Below are positions 27,873-37,700 of a DNA stretch of 64,000 bases, one piece after another (position 1 is the stretch's first letter; each line of letters starts with the position of its first letter). Location of the stretch: NCBI RefSeq assembly GCF_000737315.1, contig NZ_JMCB01000001.1:62001-126000 (forward strand), read 5' to 3'. The notes under the pieces were generated by a model that saw only the letters and a list, made by a program, of their open reading frames with translations, did no database searches and was not told where the DNA came from. The DNA comes from Hyalangium minutum (lineage in GTDB: Bacteria > Myxococcota > Myxococcia > Myxococcales > Myxococcaceae). The position numbers and the translations under genes are program-made.

Positions 27873-28817
27873 TCAGAAGGTGGCGCGCAGGGGCAGCGAG
27901 GCCAACGAGCACTCGGGGAGCGCGTAGCGCTGTGTGCCCCCCGTTCCCTGGCTCAGCGAGAGCTGGAGGTGGAGCGCGTCCTCTCCCCGGCGCACCACCG
28001 GCTCCCGCGAGAGCGTGAGCCCGGGAGGCAACTCCACATCGAGGCCACAGCGCTCGGAGGCGCCACGCCCCTCGCGGAAGGGCACCACCTGGAGGCCGCC
28101 CTGGGTGACTCGCTCGACAGCGCCCAGCGGCGTCACGGTCAGCAGCGGGAGGCGCGAAGGGTCCTCGCTCTGGGAGGGCGCCAGGGCCGCCAACATCGCT
28201 CGCGCCAGCCCTTCCTCACCCGAGCGGACGCGGCCAATGTGCTGGTAGCTGCCCTCGGTGGCGTAGGCGAGCTTCCGGAAGATCTCCACACCGTCCGCGC
28301 CCAGCGAGCGGCAGCCAATCGCGTTGATGACGATGCGCTTGCCCACCGCCTCCTCGATAAGCGCCTCAGGCTTGGGCCGATCCGGATAGTCCAGATGAGG
28401 CGGCGCGTCCGCGATGATGAACACCTGGCGTTCAGTGTCCGGGCCCAGGTCCCACTTCAACTCGCGCAGCGCCGCCGTGAGGCCCGCGAGCACATCCTCG
28501 GGCGTATCTCCGCCCCCGTCCGCCGAGAGCGTGGCGAGGAACTGGTAGCTCACGTCTACGTCCTCGCTCAGCGGGGACACCCGCGTCAGGTAGGCATCGC
28601 CCTTGTCCTTGTAGGCCACCACGCCCACGCGGACGCGCTCGTTCGGACGCGCCGTGCGCAGCGCCTCCGTCAGCTCGCGGACACGCTCCTTGGCTTCGCG
28701 GATCTCCCCGGACATGGAGCCCGTGGTGTCCAGCAGGAAGACGAGTTCGAGGTGCGCCCGGGCTGAAACCGGCCAGAGCGAGAGGAGGAGCAGGAAAAGA
28801 AGGATTTGAGGGCGCAT
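27873..28817 (-). CDS. Secreted vWA-domain protein
   Basis: Signal peptide 'MRPQILLFLLLL..ARA'; MIDAS 'LDTTGSM', 'GGGDTPED', 'IADAPPH'. Confidence 0.85.
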   Translation of the reverse strand: MRPQILLFLLLLSLWPVSARAHLELVFLLDTTGSMSGEIREAKERVRELTEALRTARPNERVRVGVVAYKDKGDAYLTRVSPLSEDVDVSYQFLATLSADGGGDTPEDVLAGLTAALRELKWDLGPDTERQVFIIADAPPHLDYPDRPKPEALIEEAVGKRIVINAIGCRSLGADGVEIFRKLAYATEGSYQHIGRVRSGEEGLARAMLAALAPSQSEDPSRLPLLTVTPLGAVERVTQGGLQVVPFREGRGASERCGLDVELPPGLTLSREPVVRRGEDALHLQLSLSQGTGGTQRYALPECSLASLPLRATF

Positions 28818-29006
28818 GGACACAGGGGGCAGGTGTCCATCGGCTAGAGCAGGAACTGGACCAGCGCCCCGGCGCTCGGAGACGCGCGGCTCGTGGTCCT
28901 CGGCCCACACACGCCGTGTCGGGGTGCCCACACGTCCAAGGAGTGCATTTGTGTGTCAGCGCCGCTTGACAGTGTGGATCCCCTCACCTGAGCATCCGAG
29001 ACACCC

Positions 29007-29609
29007 ATGTCCGCGACCGCCCAGAGCGAGCCCGTCGTCTTCAGTCAGTTGTTCGAGGCCCTGGTCATGCACGCCATGCGGGGCAGGTTGGATCCCGACG
29101 CCGTGCGCCGCCTCGAGACCGCCGGGCTCGACCTGAGCCGCCCGCTGCTTGTCGCCTACCCCCTCACCGTCTGGTACGACGTGGTGGGGATCTGCTCGGA
29201 GCTGCTCTTCCCGAACCTGCTTCGCAACGAGGCCACGTACGCCACCGGCAAGAAAACGGCCGAGGGCTACAGCCACACCACCATGGGCAAGGCGCTCTTC
29301 GACGGCCTGCGCAAGCTGGGCTGGCAGCGGGCGCTGAGCCAGCTGGCGCGCTCGCTGAAGACGGGCGGCAACTTCCTGGCGGCGCACTCCCACGAGCTGC
29401 CGGGCGGAGAGCTGGAGATCACCCTCGAGGTTCTCCCCGAGTTCATCCCCGCCCTGGCCGCGCACCCCGGCATCGACGCCAGCTTCATGCGCGGCTTCCT
29501 GGATGCGTCCGCGGAGCTTGTCCGCGGCCCGGCCTCGCCTCGCTTCGCGCTCACGGCGACGGACCCCGCCGCCCGCCGCGCTACCTTCGTGCTTCGCGAG
29601 AAGGCTTGA
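29007..29609 (+). CDS. DUF2378-family (Myxococcales-restricted) protein
   Basis: 'VFSQLFEAL', 'GLDLSRPLLVAYP..VW', 'EGYSHTTMGKAL', 'KTGGNF'. Confidence 0.85.
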   Translation: MSATAQSEPVVFSQLFEALVMHAMRGRLDPDAVRRLETAGLDLSRPLLVAYPLTVWYDVVGICSELLFPNLLRNEATYATGKKTAEGYSHTTMGKALFDGLRKLGWQRALSQLARSLKTGGNFLAAHSHELPGGELEITLEVLPEFIPALAAHPGIDASFMRGFLDASAELVRGPASPRFALTATDPAARRATFVLREKA

Positions 29610-32181
29610 GCCCGCTTCGAGGCAGGTACACGGTGAACGTCGCGCCCTCGCTGGGCTCGCTCCGCACTTCGATGCGGCCTCCCATCAGCCCCAACAGCTC
29701 CCGGGTGATCCACAGCCCCAGCCCCAGCCCTCCGTAGTTCTTCTCGGACACCGCGCGCGCAAAGCGCTCGAAGATGCGCTCATGGTCCTCGGGGGCGATG
29801 CCGATGCCATGGTCCCTCACCCGGATCATCACGTGCTCCGGGGTGGAGAAGATCGCGATCTGGATCGGCTGGCCTGGGCCGTACTTCGACGCGTTGGTGA
29901 GCAGGTTGGTCAGCACCTGCTCCAGCCGCAGCCGATCCCACCACCCCACGAGCGGCCCATCCCACGTGAGTGAGACGGCACAGCCGGCCCGCTCGAGCTC
30001 GGGCATCATCCTCTGGACGGCGTCCTCCACGAAGGCGGTGAGCTCGAACTCCTCCTTGTTCAGCCTCAGCATGTCCCGGGTGAGGCGCCTCACGTCCAGC
30101 AGCTCGTTCATGAGCCGCTTGAGCTGGTTGGCCTGGCTCTGGCACTGGGCAATCCGCCGCCGCAGCGCTTCGGGTGGCTCTTCCAGCCCGCGGCGCTGCA
30201 GATTCGCCAGGCTCAGCAAGAGGGCCGTCAGCGGCGTCTTCAGCTCGTGCCCCGCCACCAGGACGAACTGATCCCGGAGCGCGATGGCCTCCTGCGCCTC
30301 CTGGTAGAGCCGGGCCCGCTCCAGGGCCTGGGCACAGAGCTGGGCCAGCGCGAGCGCGAACGCACGCTCTTCCGGGCTGAAGGTGCGCGCGGTGCCGAAG
30401 CTGAGCACCAGCCCCCCGATCACCCTCCCCTCGACCCACAGGGGCAACGCCATCCAAGCGCCATCGATGATCTCCGGGACCCGCGACACCAGCTCCGGGT
30501 AGCGCTCCCGCATCACCCGCCCGGACTCGACCCAGATCGCCGTCTGCTGCTTCAGCGCGCAAGTGATGGGCGCGTTCATCGTCAAGGGGATGCGTGCGTA
30601 ACGCCGTCTCACCTGGCTGTCATACCCGGAGGCATGGAGCAGCTCGGCCGCCGTGCCGCTGGCGTCCACCCGGTACACCGCCGCAGCCCGCGCGAAGAGC
30701 GTGTCCTTGACCTCGTTCATGACGGCATCGGCGATCTGCGCGGGCAGCAAGGCCATTCCCAGGGACACGGCCACCCGGTGCAGGGCCTCGGTCCGATGCT
30801 CCAGCACCCCCTCGCGCTGACGGATCTCCCGCTCGATCCAGTGCAGCCGCGCGGCATCGAGCGCGGGTGAGGCCAGCACCGCGAGCACCTCCGCGAGCGC
30901 CAGGTCCTCGGCCCCGAGCGGCCCGGTGGGATCCGTCGAGGCAAACCAGAGGCACCCCAGGACATCGCCGTCCCATCTCAGCGGCACCACCAGGAAGTCC
31001 GTGAGCCCGGCCCCCCGCAGCTGGCCCAGGTGCTCCTCATCCAGGGACACGGCCTGGAGCACCAGCTCTGGGGAGCCACTGAGGAGCTGAGCCCGGCCGG
31101 TGTGAAGGGCCCGGGTGAGGATCGGGAAGAGCCGCGCCCAGGGGCCCTGCTCCCCGCCAGGACTGTCCGGGAAGAGCGCCATGCGCTCCAGCCCTTGCCC
31201 CTGAAGGAGCGCCACGCCCCCCCGATCCCCGAGCCACGGGAGCGCCAGCTGCTCGATGCGGCGGAAGAGCTCCCGCGTGTCCAGGCCCTTGGCCAGCGTC
31301 TGCCCCACCCGCGTCACCCAGGCGAGCCGCTCCTCGGCAGTCAGGGTGTGCGCCCGAGGCGTCCGCGTCCGGGAGGACAGTGGCTCCAGCCCCTGTGGCG
31401 AGGCCGGTTTCCCCCGAGTCACGCGGGACGCGCGGCGGCCAAAGCGCGCAGCCGAGAACGCATGCACCACGGCCAATACTGAGCGCACTTGCCCCTCCTG
31501 GTCGAACTCGGGGATCAGCCGCGAGTGCATTCGGGCGGGCTGGGGCTCTCGGCCCTCGCCCATGATGAGGAACCGGAACTCCAGTTCCTGTTGCTCTCCT
31601 CTTCGGAACGCCCGGCGGAATCCCTCGTTCCAGAGCCGGACGAGCTGCGGGGGCATGCCCAGTTCCTCGTTCGTCTTCCCCAGGAAGACCGCCGGGGGAA
31701 TGCCCAAGAGCTGCTCGCAGGAGGGGCTCATGTCGCTGTGGCGCAGTTGGGGATCCAGGCGCGTGATGAGCCGGCCCAGGGCACCGGGCTCCTCGGGCGC
31801 TAGGGAGAAACCAGGCGCTGCGCCATCTCCCTGCGTGATTCCCACCATCTGCCCGAGGAGCCACACCGTTCCCCGCTTCCGGACAGCATCCAGCGAGAGC
31901 TGGAACAGGCGAGGCGCCGCCCTGGCCCCACGGACAAGATACCGGCCCACCGAAGGATGGCCGCGGGTGGCGGCCTGACAGCTCGCGAGAAAACGCTCCT
32001 GGTCCTGCGCGAACAGCGTCTCCCACAGGAAGTGGGAGTCGTCCCACCAACGCGCCAGGGGGAAGCCGAGTGCCTCGGCATGCCCCTTCACGAACCGGCA
32101 CCGCAACGTCTCTGCTTCCGCCTCCCAGCTCACACAAATGGTGTGGGCGGGAAAGCAGCCGACCCTCGGATACTCCGTCAT
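29581..32181 (-). CDS. Sensor histidine kinase (PAS-PAS-GAF-GAF-HisKA-HATPase), cytoplasmic, no receiver domain
   Basis: H-box 'AGHELKTPLT', N-box 'VLTNLLTNASKY', 'DHGIGI', 'GLGLGL'; no TM segment. Confidence 0.9.
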   Translation of the reverse strand: MTEYPRVGCFPAHTICVSWEAEAETLRCRFVKGHAEALGFPLARWWDDSHFLWETLFAQDQERFLASCQAATRGHPSVGRYLVRGARAAPRLFQLSLDAVRKRGTVWLLGQMVGITQGDGAAPGFSLAPEEPGALGRLITRLDPQLRHSDMSPSCEQLLGIPPAVFLGKTNEELGMPPQLVRLWNEGFRRAFRRGEQQELEFRFLIMGEGREPQPARMHSRLIPEFDQEGQVRSVLAVVHAFSAARFGRRASRVTRGKPASPQGLEPLSSRTRTPRAHTLTAEERLAWVTRVGQTLAKGLDTRELFRRIEQLALPWLGDRGGVALLQGQGLERMALFPDSPGGEQGPWARLFPILTRALHTGRAQLLSGSPELVLQAVSLDEEHLGQLRGAGLTDFLVVPLRWDGDVLGCLWFASTDPTGPLGAEDLALAEVLAVLASPALDAARLHWIEREIRQREGVLEHRTEALHRVAVSLGMALLPAQIADAVMNEVKDTLFARAAAVYRVDASGTAAELLHASGYDSQVRRRYARIPLTMNAPITCALKQQTAIWVESGRVMRERYPELVSRVPEIIDGAWMALPLWVEGRVIGGLVLSFGTARTFSPEERAFALALAQLCAQALERARLYQEAQEAIALRDQFVLVAGHELKTPLTALLLSLANLQRRGLEEPPEALRRRIAQCQSQANQLKRLMNELLDVRRLTRDMLRLNKEEFELTAFVEDAVQRMMPELERAGCAVSLTWDGPLVGWWDRLRLEQVLTNLLTNASKYGPGQPIQIAIFSTPEHVMIRVRDHGIGIAPEDHERIFERFARAVSEKNYGGLGLGLWITRELLGLMGGRIEVRSEPSEGATFTVYLPRSGLKPSREARR

Positions 32182-32328
32182 GTCCCCCCCACAATCCGCT
32201 CTGGGATTTCGTTTGGGATCACTGGGAACTGTTTCGTCCCTCAGTCACTAACACTCCCTTCACCTCACATGTTGATTCACCCTGGGTATTCCCCGAGGGC
32301 AGTGTCCCTGACGCCCCAGGGAGTTGGC

Positions 32329-34701
32329 TTACGGACGCTCGCGAACGACGAGCCGCCGGCGCGAGGAGAGGCCGCGGTCGTCGGTGACGAGGATCTCGTG
32401 GGTGCCCACGGCAGGCGTCCACCACAGGCGCTCGTCGGCCTTCGCCCGGCCGAGGAACTTTCCATTCACGAACCAGGTCAGCTCGCGATCGTGCGCTGTC
32501 TCCGCCTCCAGCGGGACTTCTTGCTGATCCGCGGAGACGCCAGGGATGAGGAGCGCCACCTGGCCCTCGGCGGGCGAGAGGATCTCCGGGGCGTGCTCGG
32601 CCCCACCAGGCTCGCAGCCAGGCGCGTACGCAGGAGGCGTGGGCAGGCTGCGGTGCTGCTCGGTGAGCCACCGGCGGATGCTCGCCGGCCACGTGAGGTA
32701 CACGCGGGACTCGACTTCACGGCCCGCCCGGCACGCGGGGCTCACCGCCAGCCCCGTCTTCGCGTCCACCTCCACCTTCAGGTGGTAGGGACAGGGCTCG
32801 GTGGGCACCGCGGAGCGCCGCGCGTAGACCTCCTTGCGATCCTTGCACGCGTCCGTGGGCAGGTGCCCGGAGTAGGTGCACACCTCCACGAGCGTGAGGT
32901 CCTGCGGCGCCACCGGCTCTTCCTTCACCGAGGCACGTCCGCGCGGGCCCACCGCCTCGAGCAGCTCGAAGAGCAGCGGCCCAGCGGCGTCCGCGCCCAC
33001 GAGGTGCACGCTGGGGGTGTTGTTCATGTTGCCGAGCCACACCACCGCCGTATGCCGGGGCCCCGAGCCCGCCGCCCACGCATCGCGGTGGCCAAAGCTC
33101 GTGCCCGTCTTCCAGTGCACCTGCGCGGGCATGCCGGTGAGCTGACGGCGCGCGGGGAAGTCCGGACGATCTCTCAGGGACAGGGAGCGCCGGGTGAGCC
33201 AAGCCGCACCTGGGGAGAACAGCTCCCGGGGCTCGGGGCGAGGCTTGCCCTCGTCCAGCAACAGCAGCGGGCGCGAGCGTCCTTCCTGCGCGAACGCCAC
33301 GTACAGCCCCGCCAGCTCCAGCGGCGTTACTTCGAGGCCACCCACGGCCGCGGACAGGCCGTAGTAGCCGGGATCGGGCCGCAGGCTGTTCACCCCGGCC
33401 AGACGCAGTGTGCCCAGGAAGCGCTCCACCCCGAGCGACCGCAGCAGGTTCACGAACGGCAGGTTGAGGGACTGAGAGAGGGCGTACTCCATGCGCACCA
33501 CGCCCATGAAGCGCCCGTCGAAGTTGTGCGGCACATAGCCGCCGTAGGACTCGGGAATGTCCGACACGAGGTGCTCGGGCAGCACGAGCCCTCGATCAAT
33601 GCCCATGGCATAGATGAGCGGCTTGAGCGCCGAGCCCGGCGAGCGCGGCGTGTCGAAGCCGGGGATCTGCCCACCGTGCCGGGTGTCGAAGAAGTCGAAG
33701 CTGCCCACCAGCGCGAGCACCTCGGCGCGCTCGTGGTCCACCACCACCGCGGCTCCGTTGTGGATGCCCTTGGTGGCCAGATCTCCCGCCGCGTCGCGCA
33801 TGAGGCGCTCGGCCAGCCGCTGCGTGCCCGCGTCCAGCGTGGTGCGCAGCCGCGTGAGGTCCCCGCGCAGGGCACGCAGGTACATGGCCGCGTGCGGAGC
33901 TTCCCGGGGGAACGGCGTGAGCCCGCGCGGCACGGGCGTGTTGCGGACCTCGGCGAGCACGGCCTCGGAGGAGGCCTTCGCCTCGGCGGGCCCCAGCGGG
34001 AGCGCCAGGTCCTCCAGCAGCCGTCGCGCCACCTCGTCCCGAGCCGCCTTGAGCCGCGCGGCATTCTCCGGCGTGGGGAAGCGCCGGTTCGGGTTCTGGG
34101 GCACCGCGAGCAGTGTGGCGATCTCCGCGGGGCTCAGGTGCGCGGAGCTGTGCCCGAAGTAGGCCAGGGACGCGGCCTCCACGCCCTCCACGTTGCGCCC
34201 GTAGGGGACGAACTGGAGGTAGGCCGAGAGAATGTCGTCCTTGGACAGGCGCAGCTCGAGCTGCACGGCCCGGAAGGACTCGATGAGCTTGGACAGCAGG
34301 GTGCGCGGCCGGGGCTCCAGCACGCGCACCAACTGCATGGTGAGCGTCGAGGCCCCGGACACCCGGCGCCCCTTCGTCACGTTGGACAGCACCGCGCGCA
34401 CCACCGCGAGGGGATCCACGCCGGGGTGCCAGGCGAAGCGCTTGTCCTCCAGCGCGAACAGCGCCCGGAGGTAGGCCGGGTCGATGGCCTGCGGCCTCAG
34501 GGGAATGCGCCACCGCTCATCCGGCGCAAGGAAGACGTGGGCCGGAGTTCCATCCCGGTACTCGATGACCACCGAGTGCGGCGAGGAGAGCCGCTCCGGC
34601 AGAGGCACCCACCACGCCGCCGCCCCCCCTGCCCCGATGAGAGCGAGGAGGAACAGCAGCGCGACGGCCACCCGTCTCCTGGTGATGCGCGGCAGCTTCA
34701 T
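32329..34701 (-). CDS. pbpC: Penicillin-binding protein 1C
   Basis: Transglycosylase 'EDKRF..HPGVD', 'GASTLTMQ'; transpeptidase 'SALK', 'SLN', 'KTG'; C-terminal BiPBP_C. Confidence 0.93.
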   Translation of the reverse strand: MKLPRITRRRVAVALLFLLALIGAGGAAAWWVPLPERLSSPHSVVIEYRDGTPAHVFLAPDERWRIPLRPQAIDPAYLRALFALEDKRFAWHPGVDPLAVVRAVLSNVTKGRRVSGASTLTMQLVRVLEPRPRTLLSKLIESFRAVQLELRLSKDDILSAYLQFVPYGRNVEGVEAASLAYFGHSSAHLSPAEIATLLAVPQNPNRRFPTPENAARLKAARDEVARRLLEDLALPLGPAEAKASSEAVLAEVRNTPVPRGLTPFPREAPHAAMYLRALRGDLTRLRTTLDAGTQRLAERLMRDAAGDLATKGIHNGAAVVVDHERAEVLALVGSFDFFDTRHGGQIPGFDTPRSPGSALKPLIYAMGIDRGLVLPEHLVSDIPESYGGYVPHNFDGRFMGVVRMEYALSQSLNLPFVNLLRSLGVERFLGTLRLAGVNSLRPDPGYYGLSAAVGGLEVTPLELAGLYVAFAQEGRSRPLLLLDEGKPRPEPRELFSPGAAWLTRRSLSLRDRPDFPARRQLTGMPAQVHWKTGTSFGHRDAWAAGSGPRHTAVVWLGNMNNTPSVHLVGADAAGPLLFELLEAVGPRGRASVKEEPVAPQDLTLVEVCTYSGHLPTDACKDRKEVYARRSAVPTEPCPYHLKVEVDAKTGLAVSPACRAGREVESRVYLTWPASIRRWLTEQHRSLPTPPAYAPGCEPGGAEHAPEILSPAEGQVALLIPGVSADQQEVPLEAETAHDRELTWFVNGKFLGRAKADERLWWTPAVGTHEILVTDDRGLSSRRRLVVRERP

Positions 34702-34707
34702 GAAGGG

Positions 34708-37700
34708 CTACAGCAGGAAGTCCTTCCAGGGGCCGGAGACCTCGACCTGCTCGCCGGCCTGGCGCGCCCAGATGCGGGGGTCATACATGGCCTCCGCCTC
34801 CACCGGCGGCAGCGTGAACTTGCCCGCCGTCACCGCGCGCACCGCGTAGACCACCTTCTTCGACTCGCCCGCCTGCAGGCTGCCGAAGACCTCCATCCGA
34901 TCGTCCCGGATGTTCACGTAGTCCGCGGTCCAGAGCTGCTCGGAGTCCACCCACTCCACGGCGCCGCCACGGCCCAGGCGGGCGTTCTCGATCTCCCAGC
35001 CGGCGGGGAGCCGATCCACCAGGGCGATGTTCTGGATGCGCTCGCTGGTGGTGTTCTTGAGCTCTACCTCCACATAGAGGAGGTCCGCGAGGTTCACGGC
35101 ATCGCCCGGGCTCACGGTGGAGCCGTCGAGCTTCTTGTACGTGCGGTTGATGGCCAGCCCATTGCCGCCCGTCTTCACGTCGCCGTTGGAGCGCACGCCA
35201 TCGCTGTTGATGATGAGGAAGAGCTTGCCCTCCCCCTTCTCCTTCAGGTCGAGCGTGACGCCCTTGCGCTCGCTGGCGCGGACCAGGGCCCACGTGCGAT
35301 CCGAGGCGCGCACCGTCTTGCCGCCCTCGTTGTTCTTCGGCGCCACCTCCTTGCCGTCCGCCACGAGCGTGGGCGGCGTGAAGCTGGAGGCCGCGCCGGA
35401 GACGCGCTTGCCCAGGCCGGTGATGCTCCAGACCAACTCCTGCGTGGTGTACCAGTAGCTGGAGTGGCCGATGAGCGACTGGGCCACCTGCTGCGCCAGC
35501 GGCTCGCCCGCGGGATCATTGCCGAACAGATCCTGGAAGGTGCTCAGCATGAGGCCCCGGCGGCGGCGATCCGAGTAGAAGGACCAGGTGTTGCGGCGCT
35601 CGTCGGTGACGGGCGACAGGTCCGGGTTCTTCAGATCCTTCTCGTAGCGCCGGTCGCCGGCCATGTAGAGCGCGGCCTTGAGGAGGTGCTCCTCCTCGCG
35701 GGCCTCGCCGTTGAGCGTCTTCTTCTGGGCCAGCTCGTCCACGAGCTTCTGGATGCGCGCCTTGCGGCCCTTGCCTGCCATGGAGAGCACGTAGTGCATG
35801 TAGGCCTCGGCGGACTGGCCGTAGTGGTCATCGCGGCCAGCGTTGCCCTCCTTGCGGTTGAGCTCCGTACCCAGCCAGGAGATCGCATCATCCAAGCGGT
35901 CCTGCGGGACGGGGTACTTGAGCTTTTGGGCGTCCAGCAGCATGTGCGTGGCGTAGGCGGTGCCCCAGGCTACGGGCTCGGCGCTGCCAGGCCAGTAGGC
36001 GAAGCCGCCCGAGGGCGTCTGCATGGAGAGCACGCGGTTGATGCCCGCCATGACCATGTCCTCCACCTTCTTGTCGCCGGTGAGCGAGGGATCCACGTTG
36101 TCAATCAGCTGCGAGACGAACAGCAGCGGCCGCGTGGAGGAGGTCGTCTGCTCGATGCAGCCGTACGGGTAGCGGACGAGGTAGCTCAGGTGCTGCATGG
36201 ACTCGGCGTAGGGATTCGTCGTCACCCAGAACGTGGAGCGCTCGGTGGTGGGCACCCAGCCCTGGAGGTACTGCGCCATGTCCACCTTGCCGGCCTCCAG
36301 CGGGATGCGCTGCACGAGGCGCTCACGCGGCCCCGCGGGCAGCAGCGGCACGTCGAGCTGCTCGAAGGCCGTGAAGCCCCCGGCCTCGGCCGTCACCTTC
36401 AGGCGGGCGGCCCCCACGGACTGGATGGCCTTGGCCTGGAAGACGAGCGTGGTGGCCTTCCCGTTCTCCAGCTTGGTGCGTCCCTCGCTCTTGCCCAGCA
36501 TCTGCAGCGGCGAGCCCATCGAGGCGGCCGGCATGGCCATGCCCGGCACCGGGAGGTTCTCGGCGGTGAGCGTCACCTTCACCTCCTGCGGACCGCCGGA
36601 GAGGTTGGTGAGGAACACGGGGATCTGGATCTCGTCGTTCTGCGTGAGGAAGCGCGGCAGCGTCGTCTGGAGCACGAGCGGATCGCGCACCAGCACCTGG
36701 GCATCCGCGCGGCCCACGCGCTGCGGGCCGGTGGTGATGGCCATGACGCGCACGGCGCCGCGGTACATGGGCAGCTGGAAGGGCACCGTCAGCTTGCCGT
36801 TGGCGGGCACGGGGAGCACGCCGCTCCACAGCGCCACCGGCTTCACCGGCTGCACGCGGCCACCCGCGCCGCTCTCGTCACCACCCGTGGAGCGCGAGTT
36901 GCCGCCCGGGGGCACCAGCAGCGTCCAGCCGATCGTCTCGTACGTCTCCACGCCCAGGGCGCGCTTGGCGAACAGCTCCTTGAGCGGGTCCGGCGTCTTG
37001 AAGCGCGTGAGCGAGAGGATGCCCTCGTCCACCACGGCCACCGTGGCGAAGGTGGGACCCTCCTGCGGGCCCAGCTCCAGGTTCACCGTGAGGGTGCTGT
37101 TGGAGCGGACCTCGGTGGGCGCGCTGAGCTTCACCGTCTGCGTGTAGTCCGTGGGCTCCAGGGGAACGCTCGCCACGCCGAAGGCGCGGTCGGGCATGAA
37201 GGCCTCGGCGGACTCCAGGTGCGGGTCCTTCACCAGGAAGGCGCTCACATAGACGTTGGGCGCGTAGGTCTTCGGCGTGAAGGCCCACGTCACCTCACCG
37301 GGCTCCACGGCCTTCCACTCGGAGGCGATGACCTGATCCGTCTCGGCGGTGAGCAGCACCCGGCCGCGGTAGGGCACCTTGAACTTCACGGCGATGGACT
37401 CGTTGAGCTTGCCCAGCTTGGGCAGCTCCAGGGCGATGGAGGCGGGCTTGAGCGGGCGCGGCGTCTGGTCCACTCGGGCCTCGCCATCGCCGTACCAGTA
37501 GTAGCGGCCGTTGCCCTCCAGGTAGAGGTCCGTCTGCGCCGCGCCGGAGCGCACGCGGACGATGAAGCCCGCCGCATCCTGCGTGGGCGTCACGTCGAGC
37601 TGGAACTTGCCGCCCTGCACCTTGGCGGTGCCACGGCCCTCGCGCACGGGGCGCAGGTAGCGCTGGTAGCGCTCATAGCCCTCGTCCTCGTCGTAGTAGT

